Source: Eremomyces bilateralis CBS 781.70 (Eukaryota). Taken from it: 64,000 bases of DNA. Shown here piece by piece: positions 25,976 through 39,199 of the stretch. The position numbers were made by a program, and so were the translations under genes. The stretch lies in the NCBI GenBank assembly GCA_010015585.1, contig ML975177.1; one strand, given 5' to 3'. Each line of letters opens with the position of its first letter. Position 1 is the first letter of the stretch. The notes under the pieces were generated by a model, which did no database searches, was not told where the DNA came from, and saw nothing but the letters and a program-made list of their open reading frames with translations.

Positions 25976-27581
25976 TCACCTACCCCCCACCCATCCCGCG
26001 CCTTGCCCCCCCGTCGTTTGATCCACCGGAGCGCCCCCAAACCTCCCATCCGACTGCTGACTCAAATGTCGGTTCTCCAGCTCACTCGCCGCACTACTCC
26101 TTGTCGGACTGCTCGCCTGATATCGAGCCGGGCTCGAACCCGGCGGATGCGCAGACTGCGGCGGCGAATAGGCGCCCATCCCCACCTGCTGCTGCTGCTG
26201 ATAGTACTGCTGCCGCGGATCCATCGTCAGCAGCGGGGCCATCGGCTGCTGCTGCTGCATCGGCGCGGCGTACGCGGCGGGGGTCTTCCCCTCGCCATAG
26301 AATCCGACCGCCCCCGCATTATCCAGATACGCGCTCGGGTGCGGCGACGTGGTGCCGCTCTGGGCGGGAACCCATTCGCTGACCGCGGGCACGTCCGCGC
26401 GGCGCTTGTTGCGTCGTACGATGAAGAAGATGAGGCCGATGATGGCGGCGATGACGACGACGCCCCCGACGGTGCCGCCCGCTACGGCACCGACGGGGAA
26501 GGGGGTGGGGGGATCGGTGGGGGGGGGGGGGGGGGGATCGATTGCTGAGACGACTACGAGGGCGGTGGAGGTAGAGGTGGAGGTAGAGGTGGTCGTTGTT
26601 GGACCGGATGGACCGGTTTGGATGATGATGGTTGTAGCGATGATTATGGTGGTTGAAGTGGAGGTGGAGAGGGGTCTGATAACCGATGAGGAAGGGGATT
26701 CAGATGCTGGAAGGTGGTTAGATGGAGTACGGCTGGAAAACGCAGTTGAGGGGAGGAAAGGAGGAGGAAGGTGGGGATGAAGAAGATGGTGTAGACTGCT
26801 CTCGAGAGGGCATCGACGTTTCAACGAGCTACTTGAATGATTAACAGAGTAATGCTTACAAGTCGAGGGAGTAGTCGGCCTCGGAGCGTCAGGAACACTT
26901 GGCCTGGGGATAGATGGCACCGTCGGACGTGCCAGCGGATTTGTAGACGTGGTGGAGGCCGTAGTGTACACATCAACTGCGAGCGAATTGGCGGACTCGC
27001 ACTGATAGTTGCTGAACAGTCGACCATTCATGGTCATCCAGTACAGATTACAGTACGGCGCGGTAGCAGAAGAGCTGCATGGGAAGTCAGCATAACTCCT
27101 CCAGGCGAGCGTTTAGTACAACCATGTAGTAGCCCCGACATCGTGCAAGCAGCTGCCTGTACATGCGGCCGCGAGTGCCGATGGGACGCATGTCGTCGCC
27201 AGCGTGCAATCGTCGTTCGCAAGACTAAGCAAGTTGCAGCACCCGAACGCATAGAATGTGGTGTCCGTCGCGCAGACGGCGGTGGACCGGCAGTACCATG
27301 GCCGATCTGAACATGTATCTTAGCACTCATCCATCGGTTTACCCTGCGGTAGTGCGAAGTGTACCTGGAGCTCCGAATTCATAGCCGCAAGTCTGCTCGG
27401 GCCCTCGCTTCATCAGGCCAAAGAGCTCTTCCACCCCGCCCGTCGGCCGCGGACTCGTCCCTCGCGCTACCATGTCCTCGAACTGTGCCTTTGCTGTGGG
27501 GTACGGGCCTACCCATGGTACTGCGTCGACGACGGCGATGCTAGCACCGAGCAGCATCACTAGGGATGGAAAACTCGACAT
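25976..27581 (-). CDS. signal peptide + Cys-rich ectodomain + Ser/Thr/Pro stalk + single TM protein
   Basis: MSSFPSLVMLLGASIAVVDAVPW signal, spliced Cys-rich exons (TCGY..YCRSTAVC..FGCC..TCVP), T/S stalk, VGAVAGGTVGGVVVIAAIIGLIFFIVRRNKRR TM, Q/P-rich tail. Confidence 0.8.
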
Positions 27582-28623
27582 GGCGAAATTCCAAGGCTTC
27601 GGCGAAACCATTGTCGAGCGATTGACGGGAGAAACCGAAAGGAAAACCCTCCTAGGACCACGAGGCTACGCTCATGGCGGAAGGGCTGCAGTTAAGTACT
27701 TCGGGCTCTCTGCCGAGAGGGGCAAAATGGTGGCCAGCATAGCAGGTCGGGTTCGGTTGAGCCTCATCGGAGTATAAGTTTGCTCATTTCCGCACTCTAG
27801 ACGCTTGAAAGAGGGGCACGATGGGGATGGGTAGCCTGGTGGGCGTTGTTATCAATTGTTCTGGTGACCATGGTGTCATGGATGCAGTGGGAGGCGAAGT
27901 AGGCCCGCAGATGTGAATCATCCGTAATAGGATAGACTTGGCGAGCTAGATGGTGAAAGGACGTCCAGAGTAAAAAGTGGCTTGCAGATGCAGGTATGAC
28001 AGCACCACAATGGTCATTCTGATATTGGACTAACTAGATATGGAACGATAATGCTGGGCAAGGTCTGGATTTCGGAGCCTAGACTGACCCAAAATGCTCG
28101 AAGCTCATGGTTCATGGTTGCAACATGCAGCCGTGCAGGACATGGACAAAAGCATCAGGCAAACTGGAAAAGAACAAGAAGCGATTAAGGGAAGGGCCGC
28201 CGACCGAATTTGTCGGATCATAAGGTGATGGATGCTTGGCGGTGATTTGATAATTTATGCTCGACAGCCCTCCATTGTGGCTTGATTTACGTGCAAACGT
28301 ACACCAAACAGCTATCCCTTCTCGTAGCGCAGCTCTGCGGCACAGTTCCATATCATCCTTACGCTGTTGTAAACGGAGGTAGGTGAAATGGAAAATGCAT
28401 CAGATATATTGTTCGCAAAGCTAGGTGGAGTAGGTCTTATTGTGAACGCGGCGGATTTTCAACAGTAGAGGGGAGCAAGATCTCGGAGTTTCCAACTGTT
28501 AACAACCAAAGGTATGTGCATGACGAGTTTATAAATGCCGACCGGAGTCTGAGGATGCGTCGTGACTGGATAAAGGGACATGGTATAAAATACGCGAAAA
28601 AGAGTACCGCCTTGCCTTGGCGT

Positions 28624-29856
28624 TCAAGTTCCGAAGCGCATTTGGGCTTTGCCGAATTTATGAAGCGCTCTCAAAAAGACCTGGTAGCCGACTCCCGATG
28701 AATTGTCTGGACTGCAGCTGGGAGGCATGTTAGTGAATCCATAACAGTCGTTCCGGTTCTCCGGAATGCAGCAATCACTTACAATATCTCACTTAACCGT
28801 ATCTGCCACGGCGGAAATCCATCCAGTTTCATCCGCTCCCCAAAGCAGACCACCAAATCCGGTTCGCCCATGACGCTTTCGGTGATTTCCGCGTCCACGA
28901 GATCGGTGCTGATATCGCTCGGGGCGAGTTTCCCGCGCTGACTCATCTCGGTGAGGGTCTTGGTCAGGTCCACGATGGTGTCTCGACCGTCCTCGGCGGA
29001 GAGGAGGATGACGGTAAGGCGGGGGTTCGGAGTCTGGGAGAACGGCGAGGGAGGAGTGGACGGTGGAGAGAAGGAAGGGTGGTTCGGACAGCGGAGGGAG
29101 AGGGCTGGGGTGGTGTGCGGAGGGAAATAGGTGTGGAGGGTAGAGGTAATGTGGGCATGTGTCGTAGGTATGTGAGTTTTGAGGATTCCTGGGTGAATAG
29201 TTAGCTTTGCTTGAAAGAGCGGTCCGATCTCTAGATGACATACCCGTCCTTTCGTATACACTCAACGTTTCGATTCCAGCGCTCGCACACCATGCGCTCA
29301 ACTCGCCGACATGATTGAGCAATCGCTCCAACTCCACGCCTCCATTTCCACGCGGGTCATAGCTCACCACCACGCTCAGATGCCTGGGAATCTTCGACAG
29401 CTTCGCAACGTCTCTCCGAATGAGCTCGGGGGTATGGTGATGGTAATACGTCAGCGCGAACATGCGGTCCTTTAACGCACGCACTACCCGTCTCACGCGC
29501 ATGTAGACGGCAAAGACCGCATGGACGATGAGGAAGAGGCACAGGTAGATGCGCTCCCGGATGAACTTCCGCACGGGTTTCCGTCGAGGAGGTTTCGGCT
29601 TCGATCCATTGCGCTGCGACATGGCAAGGATCTCATTCCGCAGCGACGAAGATTTCGGAAGGGTGACGTTCGAAAGACGCTGGCGATGTTTTCGTTCGAG
29701 CGGGATAATGGGAGGGAGGTCCGAATCCGGTGGCTCCGGGAGGTACTTGCTGATCACCAGTTCCCTCTTCTCCGGTGGAAGGTCATCGAATTTCTTGGAG
29801 TTGCCATAGGGAGTTGACAAGGAGGGAACATCGCCGGTGCTGGCGGTCATTGGCAT
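28624..29856 (-). CDS. NUS1: cis-prenyltransferase subunit Nus1 (Nogo-B receptor homolog)
   Basis: YHHHTPELIRRDV.KL.KIPRHLSV, WCASAGI..LSVYERTG, LLSAEDGRDTIVDLTKTL, EPDL..LDGFPPWQIRLSEIF, C-terminal RxG motif (QMRFGT). Two introns. Confidence 0.92.
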
Positions 29857-30602
29857 GTTCAGCAAGAACGCGTCGCTTCAACCGAGCTTGCCAGTGAATT
29901 TTTGCGGCTCCAGTACGGGAAAGCTCAATCAACTAGCGCACATGGAGCTTCGGCCTTAAGCTACCAATATTGATTACCAAAACGTTCAGGAGGGCGTCGT
30001 CAATGTCAAAAGGGTGGGAAATTCAGGTATAAATCGTAGGTATGGTAGAAACGGAACAATTGCATGTACGGGATGTATTACATAGGTGGCATTATTCTCA
30101 GAACAGCGTCATCCCGTCGCTTTTAGTAGTCCCGGATTCCCGGTTGCAATGGTTGGTCCCCGACCAAGGTGTCGTAAGACCGAAGGACCGTGAGGCGTGA
30201 AGGCTGAGCACTGAGGAGTGAACGCCGCAAATCGCCATCCGCCCCAACTCCCAAGCCACGGGAACTCCACGGCAAAGGGGGGTTCCCTGGCTCGGATATG
30301 GAAACGTCCAATCCGACTGGATCTGACGGATCGTGTTCATGGACTGACGTCGATCAATGTGGTGATGGTGCATCAAGCAGCTTCGGCAGTCAGATTTAAC
30401 ATGTGGAATTTGCGGGGAAATGAACGTGAAATATAGAGGATTGCATTCCAGACTCCTGTCGTATATCAGACCTTGAGTAGTTGAGTTCGTACTCCGTACA
30501 CTCAGCACAATAATGGTGAACTCATGAAACTGGTCATGCTCGAGCCTTGAGGATCTCCATGCCCATGGTGCTGGAAATAGAGACACAACCATGTGATTTG
30601 TC

Positions 30603-30691
30603 CACGTGATCTCGCATGAGTCAGTTTGGGGATGAGACCGTGAAGAATTCCGAGCAAGTCTCAGCAGGTGATGGACAAGCATGACTCATGC
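30603..30691. promoter_or_regulatory. bZIP (Gcn4/CpcA/AP-1 type) sites and E-box upstream of SEC10
   Basis: CACGTG at 30603-30608, ATGAGTCA at 30616-30623, GCATGACTCATGC at 30679-30691. Confidence 0.4.
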
Positions 30692-31006
30692 AGCTCCTCA
30701 GCCGCCGTGTTCACATCAGCCATGAGCCAGAGAGCCCAGACAGGGGAACGAGCCTCCACGTCCTGCTTCTCTACTCGGACTCCAGGTGTGCTGTATAATA
30801 CGTATCAAGTGCGTTATTTGTAAATTCCTCCTTTCTGTGAAGCGGGAGCCTTTCGGCTATAGGTTACGTGCGCGAATCAATGACATGGGAAACATCGAGC
30901 ATGCCATTCCGAACCCTCCAACCTTCGTCGACATGAATTGATAGCTCTCATGTCTGTATGCGACCACGGAATAACCATATAGTGATCTAGAGACGTTCAT
31001 GCAAAC

Positions 31007-33716
31007 ATGTCCTCCCGAGCCTCCATATCAACTCGATCCCCCGCATTCTCCCTCGATACCTTCTCCTCAAAGGATTTCATTGTCAAAGACTTCATCGAGT
31101 CCCTGTCCGACACGGTCATCCCTACAGCCACCCGCCGCTCCGCACCCACCGCCAGCGGCTCATCCACCGCCGCATTCGACCCGAAACCACTCATCAGGAC
31201 GTTCGAATCTGCATTAGCTCGTCTCCGCGGCCTCAGCGAAGATCTCGAGAAGCGCGAAAACGAGTTGTCGAATGCGGTGAGGAGAGCTGAAGCGCAACAT
31301 ACGAACGCAGCGGGAAGCTATGGACAGAGGTTGGAGGGGGCCGTGGACAGATATAATCAGCTGGAAAACAATTTGAACGCGAGTGCCTCGAGCGGCTTGA
31401 CCGACTCGCAGGTGACGAACGGCAATGGATACGGATACGGGAATGGGAACAGGAACGGGTCGGAAGGACGAGATGCCGTGAGCATTGGAGAGCGTCTGGA
31501 AGAGCTGGATAAGCAGAGGCAACGAGCGCTGGACGCAAAATTCTTGATCCAGTGCTGGCAGGAGGTCAGCAGCAAGGGTCAATTGTCGAGCTTGGAGGAT
31601 ATGCGACGACTTGGCGGGAGTGAGGGAAAGGTTCGCTGTGCATCAATCGCGAGACAGCTGCTCCGAATCTGCACGCGGCTGGATCAGGAGGGAATTAGCG
31701 GACGCATCACCAAGGGCAATGGGGTCCGAAACGGCTTGGGAGAGGCCGATTCTCCCGCCCGCGAAATCATCGAGAAGTTCCTGGAGATGCTGGAGAAAGA
31801 TCTCCTGAAACAATTCGACAACCATTACCGGAAACAGAATTTCGACGGCATGAGGGAGTGCGCCATTGCGCTTCGTGACTTCAACGAGGGCGCAAGCGTC
31901 ATGGCGGTCTTTGTCAACCAACACGAATTCTTCATCGACAAGAATCAGTTGCTGGCCGACGAAAACGTCGGCGATGGAGAAGGCTGGGATAAGCTTGCTG
32001 ATCCGGATACCGAGCCTCCCGGAGTCGATCCGTCCTTGCAAGCGTTGGTTGACGAGGTCAAGCTGGTTGTGCAAGAAGAGAGCTTTATCATGAAGAAAGC
32101 CTTTCCGTTCTCAGAGGAGGTGCTCACTCGGTTCTTGCAACGAGTGTTCCAGCAGTCCATACAACAGCGACTCGAAGTGGTTCTAGACAAGGCAAGCTCG
32201 ATATCGTCGCTTGCGTTTCTGCGATCGTTGCAGGCCGCGCGAGGTTACATTGGCGCTTTGGTCGACAGTATGAAATCTCATGGCCTCACGGAACATCCAG
32301 AACCCGTCACTCCTCAGATCGCCGCCGTCCTGGACCAACAGCTAGATGAGCTGTTCGTGCCCTACTTTATCGGTTCATCATACATCGAGCGTGAGAAAAA
32401 GAACCTGGATGAGCTCTATGCGTCATTGCTCTTCAAGTACACAACCTACCATGTATGTGGTCCGTTCCCACGGCAAACTATCCACTAACCAGAGCATTAG
32501 TCCCGTCGGAAGAAAACACCAACTGGCTATTTGGCAGCCCTTAGCATGAGGAGCAAAGAGCTGGTGTCATCTGCAAGAGACGCATATATGGAGCGGTTGG
32601 ACTCGACCGAGTTGCCTCCCTCTCAAAAAGCCATGCTTCTCCGGATCGCCGGAATCAAGGACTCCGAAAAGGACAAGAAGAGCGACATCGAAGTTACGGA
32701 AGCGGACGGCGAGCTCAGTCTTGCCGTGGCAAAGCGCATGATCAAATGGCTGGCAGAAGCCGTGGGAAGAGGATTGGAGCTCAGCGGGGCCGTCGAGGTT
32801 CCAAAAGATATGCAGGCGCTTCATGGCTTGGTGCTGCTGCATATCGGCGAAATTTACATCGAAACGGCGCTCGAAGCGTAAGTCCACCGAACGTCTTGAG
32901 AAGCCAAGGAACTGACCTGATCACAGAGCCGCCGAGCAACTCCCTGCCACCGACGCCCTCAAAACCGAACCCTCCTTCAGCCACTTCCCCACCCTTCCAC
33001 CCATCATCTCCACTCTCCACCTCCTCCGCCTCGCCATCACGACCATGCTCCTCCCCCTCGCCGCTCCCAACCTCACCATCCGCCGCGACATCGAAAAGAC
33101 CCTCGAAGGCACCCTCACCGCCCTCGAATCCCGCATGTCCATCATCCTCCACCGCTCCCTCGACGTCTCCCTCCTCTGGTCCTCCAAGCTCCTCGCCGCC
33201 CAGAAGAAAAACGACTTCCGGCCCCGCGACGAGGATCTCACCCGCCAACTCGACGCCCTGCAAACCCCTACCTGCGCCTCCGTCCACGCCTTCCTCACCC
33301 GCGTCGCCACCGCCGCCGCCGCCGCCCTCGACGGCAAGAACCGCACCGTCTTCTTTTCTGAGCTCGCCCTCGGCCTGCGCTCCCTCCTCTTCGAGCACCT
33401 GCGCAAGTTCACCGTAAGCCTCGCCGGCGGGCTGATCGTCAGCAAGGACGTGAACAAGTACGCGGAGCTTGTGCGCGCGTGGCCGATGGACGCGGACGGC
33501 GAGTTCCGGCGCGACGGCGGCATGGAGGTGCTGGTGGAGGTGGCGAACCTGTTCGTGGTGGGGCCGGAGGCGCTGAAGGAGCGGCTGAAGGTCGGGGCGA
33601 GCGGGGCGGGATCAGGGGCGCGGACGCTGGAGGAGGTGGGGGAGATGAAGAAGTATGTGGAGCGGAGGGAGGATGTAGGATCGGTGGCGGTGCAGGCGGT
33701 GTTGCATGGTGTGTAA
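31007..33716 (+). CDS. SEC10: exocyst complex component Sec10
   Basis: FSLDTFSSKDFIVKDFIESLS, FDPKPLIRTFE, FVNQHEFFID, FLQRVFQQSIQQRLE, QKKNDFRPRD, HLRKFTVSLAGGLIVSKD. ORFs 31007, 32531 and 33045 are joined by two introns. Confidence 0.93.
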
Positions 33717-34379
33717 TGACCGTTCGGCGAGTTCGTTGGCGAAGTCACGCCTGGGGTTTCGAAGGACAAGATCCCAAGGTGGTCGGGGACGCGGTTTTAA
33801 ATCGACCATGTCGCCAGCAACCGTTACCCCCGACCGACGCTCACCAAAGCATGGCGAAGTCTCCTTGTCTGTCCATGGGGAGCAACGCTTTTCCACCCAC
33901 TTATAAGCCACCAAATTCCGTACCTCCAACATCTCCGATGCTCGAATAGTAATTATTATTGATACTCTCATGTGGCCTATGTTCAGGTCTTAGGTGAAGA
34001 GCATTCCTTAATCTAGGCGAGTCCACAACAGTGTAGATGTTGTACCGGCCCCCATGTTAGATCTAATCCTGTCACGTAGAGAACATCGACAGATACATTG
34101 GCCGGCCTAACATAAAACTCATAGCACCCTGATTGTGATGCTGGACAGGAAATCCGCCATCCAGTGGATGATTACAGATCCACAAAACAAACAGATAGAC
34201 AGGGAATCAGCTAATGCCCATCGAGACCACTCCATGGTTTCGTCAATTACACATATTTTCTCATTGTACCCCACTTTCTATTAACATGAACAGTCCAAAC
34301 ACTTAGACGCTGTGTAGAGAGACCTTCCCAGAATGCATGTACGCTTTCGACCAACGCCTTATCCCGAACCAGCACCTAA

Positions 34380-35801
34380 TCACACCCCATTCCCCTCCTT
34401 CCTCTCGTTCATCTCCGTCGCCATCTTCTTCCCAATCTCATACGTGCTAATCATGATCGCACACGCCGGCGCCACCTTCAAGCACCGCGCCGCCCACCCC
34501 TTAAACAGCCCCGCCATCCCCTGCTCCCGGAAGATATGCAGCAGAAACCGTGGCATCGACTGCTCTTCGGGCACCAGCGCCCGCCGCGTGCCCGCCGCCC
34601 CCTCCCCGCCCACCGCGTGCTGGAACACCTGCTGCCGCGTCTTCCCCACGTCGAACGGCTGGGTGACAATCGACGCGACCCCGCCGGACGCCGCGCCCGC
34701 GAGGAAGCTGTCGATCAGCGTGTTCGTGTGGTTCTCCTTGTTCATATTATGTCGCCGCCGTGCGAACGCCTCGGGGCTGGTCGCTTTCGTGGGGGGGGGT
34801 ACCCCCGACCGGCGTGTCCGCATGTCAGTCAGGATGTTGCGGCCGGCTTCGTAGCCCCACCAGTAAAGCGCGGAGAAGGGCGCGTCCCGCCAGAGGGTGA
34901 GGGTGAGGCCGCGCCAGAGGCTGAAGGGGCCTTGGACGGCGACCATTTCTTTCAGGCCTTGGAAGGTCTCCTTGACCACGCCTGTCGCGGAGTTCGATGA
35001 ATGAGAAGCCTGCATTCGTGTCCGAAACATCTCGATCGGACTGACGGCCATCGCTGCTAGAACGCGAGCCGAGCTGCCGGCGACTAAGGGTGCGTATTGG
35101 TCGCTCACTCCCACCCGCCGGACCGGGGACTTTCGATTGTACCGCAACCAGTCGTAGCCTGAAAAATAGATGACATTGGCCGGGACGGCCATGATGAGGG
35201 TGGGGGTTAACCCTCGCCATAAGGTTCTCGGCCCCTCGTTCCGGGCGATCTTGCGCAGGCCGTCCAATGTGGAGGTGATGGTCTTTCGCTGGATTTCTTC
35301 GGCGGCACAGTTCGCGGGCAATCGAGGGATGGCGGCGGGGGTGTTTAGAAGTGCCATGTTCGATCCCGCGACGCAGTATGGGGCGTTGTTGTTGACCCAG
35401 AAGACCTCTCGACAGCAGGCGGATATGCCGATGTTTGAGGGGAGGTTATGGAAGGCATTGGAGGATGCGAAGGTTCGGGGAGGGCGGGTAGGTCGTGAGG
35501 GGGTCGGTTGTGATTGTAGGCGGACGCGAACGACGTCTAAAGGAGTGACTGTGATCTGTTAGTCCAATTGATATCCGTTGGTCTGATATGACAATGCCAT
35601 ATGACGTGGTGGGTTACCGAGGAGGGATGTGAGGATGCTTCCAGAGAGGGCGGAGACCATCTTCTGCGATAGGGTAGTTTGGACCTCATCCTCAGAATCG
35701 TCTGCACCCGCGGAGCCATTGTCGAGAGGGTCGCTAGCAGGGAAATCTATTCTATCATGGCTTTGGCTGCCGGTTGTGTTTGCCTCTCGAGTGGAATCCA
35801 T
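34380..35801 (-). CDS. MTM1: mitochondrial carrier, SLC25A39/40 (Mtm1) family
   Basis: QKMVSALSGSILTSLL|VTPLDVVRVRLQ, CCREVFW, KIARNEG..TLWRGLTPTL.MAVPANVIYF.GY, LTLWRDAPFSALYWWGYE, KVAPACAIMISTYE. Confidence 0.9.
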
Positions 35802-36359
35802 CAAAGCCGCGATTAGCTCCAAGAATGAACGAGTGTGTGGATTGCAGACAGGTGGTCTATCACCTGGAATGATAATATGAAGTTCTCATGTTTGGCAGCG
35901 ATGGAAGTGTTGAATGGCAATGAAGAAATATTCATATGAAAGTGGGAGTCAGTTCACGCCTCCACGAATTATTATTCCCCCCCGATTCCAGGCCTCTCCG
36001 CATCCGCGAATGACGCTGCGGGAGGGAACACTAAGTCTAAGAGCTATTTTGCACTGATTACGGCTGCCGATAGCGACCAATACGCCAATTGAATATTTCA
36101 CCTACACCCCCTCAGTCCAGAAGCAAAGTGTAAAGGGCCAATTAATGCTTTGGCAGTTATCGTCTGCCGTAAATCTCGGTCTTTGTTTGCCATCGGCTCT
36201 CTATCTCCGATGCTATCCAGTATGAGCTAATCATCGTAGTTATTCACTTACTCGTACAGGTAAGTTACTCAAGCGAAGTATGACACACAAGTCCGTCTTG
36301 CACGTAATGTTTCCCACCGAATATCTTTCATAGATCCTCAAAGAGCAAGGGATCACACC

Positions 36360-37991
36360 ATGGACCAAACAGAGGCCGAATTAGAACGTTTCCGCCAGCA
36401 GTGGAAAAAAGAAGTGTCGGCGAGGAAGGACCACCGCCAATCCACCGATGCCGGCACCAGCGGACAAGCTCCTCGAAGTCAAGATGCCGGTTCCACAAGC
36501 AAATCCGGGTTGCCTCCTCCACATGTGCCTGCAGGAGCGGCAAGGAATCCTTACGAAGGGTGGGACGAGGTGCAGCCACATTCATATCATGATATAGAGC
36601 AAGTCTCGAGGCAACGCGCCTTGGAGTCATCGTCACATCCGGAAGGGTTGGGGAATCCGCCAAAATCCGCTCTGGAGCATTATGAAGAAGCTGTGACGAG
36701 AGAGACGCAGGGTAATCTGGGTGACAGTGTTAATTTATACCGCAAGGCATTTCGGGTAAGCCATATTACAGTCACCTCATATTGTAGCATCCGTCGACTC
36801 ATGATAGCACTGTAGCTGGATTCCTCTGTCCATGAAATCTACAAGAAGAAACATTTCCCTCCAGCAGCCAAACAAAATGCCGCCGAACGTCAACCGACGA
36901 AGGGTTCCTCATCTCAGGAAGCCGAACGGCAGGATCCCTTGCAAGCCCTTCCACGACCCATCGCAGATCTCATTCAAGAATATTCTCATGCCGAGATATC
37001 CCCTGAAGCGCCCCCTACGGAGCTATCCCCTCCTCCACCATGTCCAATGGCATTCCTTCCAGAAGAGCTTCTCGTCGAGATCCTCGGACATCTGGCTATC
37101 TCGGACGTAGCCTCCTTCGCTCGTGCGGCGCAGGTGTGCAAAAGGCTAGCGTACTTGGTCACGACGGAGGAAACCATATGGAAGCGAGTATGCGAAGGGG
37201 ATAAGTTCGGGTTTGCCGCGATGCATTACCGCTATGTCTGCACCATTCGAGGCAACCCCATTGTGGAATCGGTCTTGGACCCAACGTCGGTGGAAGGTCT
37301 AACGACGGCTCATGCGGGCCTTTCTATCACGGACCCATCGACGACAAAGATCCCGATCTCGCTGTCACCATCATATCCAACCTATCGCCACATGTTTCGA
37401 ACGCGGCCACGTATACGGTTTAACGGCTGTTACATCAGCACTGTCAACTACTCTCGACCTGGTGGGAATATAACATCACAGGTGACCTGGAACTCTCCTG
37501 TCCTGATCGTTACCTACTACCGGTACCTCCGCTTCTATCGCGATGGAACGGTCATCAGCCTTTTAACGACGTCGGAACCCACCGAGGTGATTCCGGTGCT
37601 GCATGAAGGTTACCTGCAGTCAAAAAACGAAAGAAACCGCAGATTACGGGAACAGTTGTCTGCAGCTACAGAAGGGGTTGGTCCCGATCAGGAATCCCAT
37701 CCGAGCTCGAAGGTAATGAAGCATGCCTTGCGGGGACGGTGGAGGTTGTCGGATCCCATCACAGAGGGTGAAGGCGATGTCCACATCGAGACCGAGGGCG
37801 CGGTCGCCAAGTATACCTTCAAAATGCAATTCGCCCTCAGCAGTGCAGGCCGCGGAGTGCGAAACAACAAGCTGACCTGGAAGGGGTTTTGGAGCTATAA
37901 TACGTTGACGGACGATTGGGGAGAATTCGGGTTGAAGAATGATAAGAGTTATTGGTGGAGCAGAGTTAAGAGCTGGGATGTTGGGTCATGA
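36360..37991 (+). CDS. HRT3: F-box protein Hrt3/Pof7 (FBXO9 family)
   Basis: ELERFRQQWKKEV, SALEHYEEAV.RETQGNLGDS..LYRKAFR|LD, F-box LPEELLVEIL, RPRIRFNGCYISTVNY.RPG, VTYYRYLRFYRDG. One coding intron near 36756. Confidence 0.9.
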
Positions 37992-38058
37992 TACTAGCAC
38001 TATTGGTCCAATTCCGGTCATCCAAGTCCTCGAGGGGGGGTTCTTGGACGGAGCTGCT

Positions 38059-38903
38059 CTAACTGGACTTTCGCTTTACCATGGCCTCGACTCCCTTATC
38101 AGCGTCAAATATCTCCTCCAGCGACCTCAGGATTACCGTGGGCTTCCCCTTCTCCCCAGCCACGAGTGCATCAGTCCAGCCTTTTCCTAGCCTATCAACC
38201 CACGCTGCCTGCATTCCCGCAGAGCGAGCACCGACGATGTCGAACGGATTCGAGCTAACCAGCCAGATCCGTGCCATGTCTTCCGCCTTTCCCGGATCGA
38301 ATCCGACTCGTTTCGCTACGAGGTCATATGTTGCTTTGGCAGGCTTGAATGTCTTGATTTCGTCGACGGAGACGATCTGTTCGAAGACATTCCCAAGACC
38401 AGCCAGTCCGGAAGAGCTGGACAGTGACGACGCCACCATATTGGGTGTGCCGTTGCTGAACAGCACTGCTTGAATGTTTGGATGGCCCTGGATGGTCCGA
38501 AGTGCTGGCTCAACATCCGGATATGCCGCTAGGGAGTCGTACACGGCCAACACTGACTTGATGGCCGAGTCGTCGAGGTGGACGTCTTGGTCTGCCAGTG
38601 TTTGCAGAAACGCTCGGTGGAGAAGAACTGAAAAATCCTCATACAGACCTGTGAGGCGGGTCAATATTCTTATTTTGATGTTCGGAAAGGCAACCGTAGC
38701 CATGCAAGAGAGTAGACAATAGAGCCCTTACCCATACAAGTCAATCTCCACGAATAGCTCAAGTGATATTGGCGCCATACTGTAGCCAACTGTTTGGCCT
38801 TCTCCTCCCCCACAAATCCAGATAGTTTCTCGGCTACGCTATCCGTGGAAAGAATCGTCCCGAAGAGATCGAACGCCAGGACGATCCGGGACGTGGACGC
38901 CAT
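38059..38903 (-). CDS. haloacid dehalogenase type II (HAD superfamily)
   Basis: LAFDLFGT motif I, WRQYHLSYSWR, FSNG, FKPA..TY, WLVSSNPFDIVGA..AGM..AWVDR. One intron. Confidence 0.88.
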
Positions 38904-39199
38904 TGCGGGTTGTCTATCTCCTTAAAGCTGTTCTGGCGTGTATTTAAGATTCGAAAGGAGTATATACTAGATAAACCGCTAGATTCTTAGGGAATAGCAA
39001 GAAAATATATGAATACGCCTTTTTCATGCAGATACCTTTGTATATGTCTCAGCAACGGTCCTAGCATTGTCAGATTACATGAGCAACCCCCCACCCCACC
39101 TTTGTCCGATCGATACTGTTCGGTGCCGGTGGAAACCTTACTACGTAGTACATCATTGATGGCTACCATTTACATGATCATTTTACGGTGGCTACTCCA

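Noticed and set aside
30211..30306. CTGAGGA..GAAAC as a hammerhead ribozyme core
   Set aside because: Stems I-III cannot be formed around the core.
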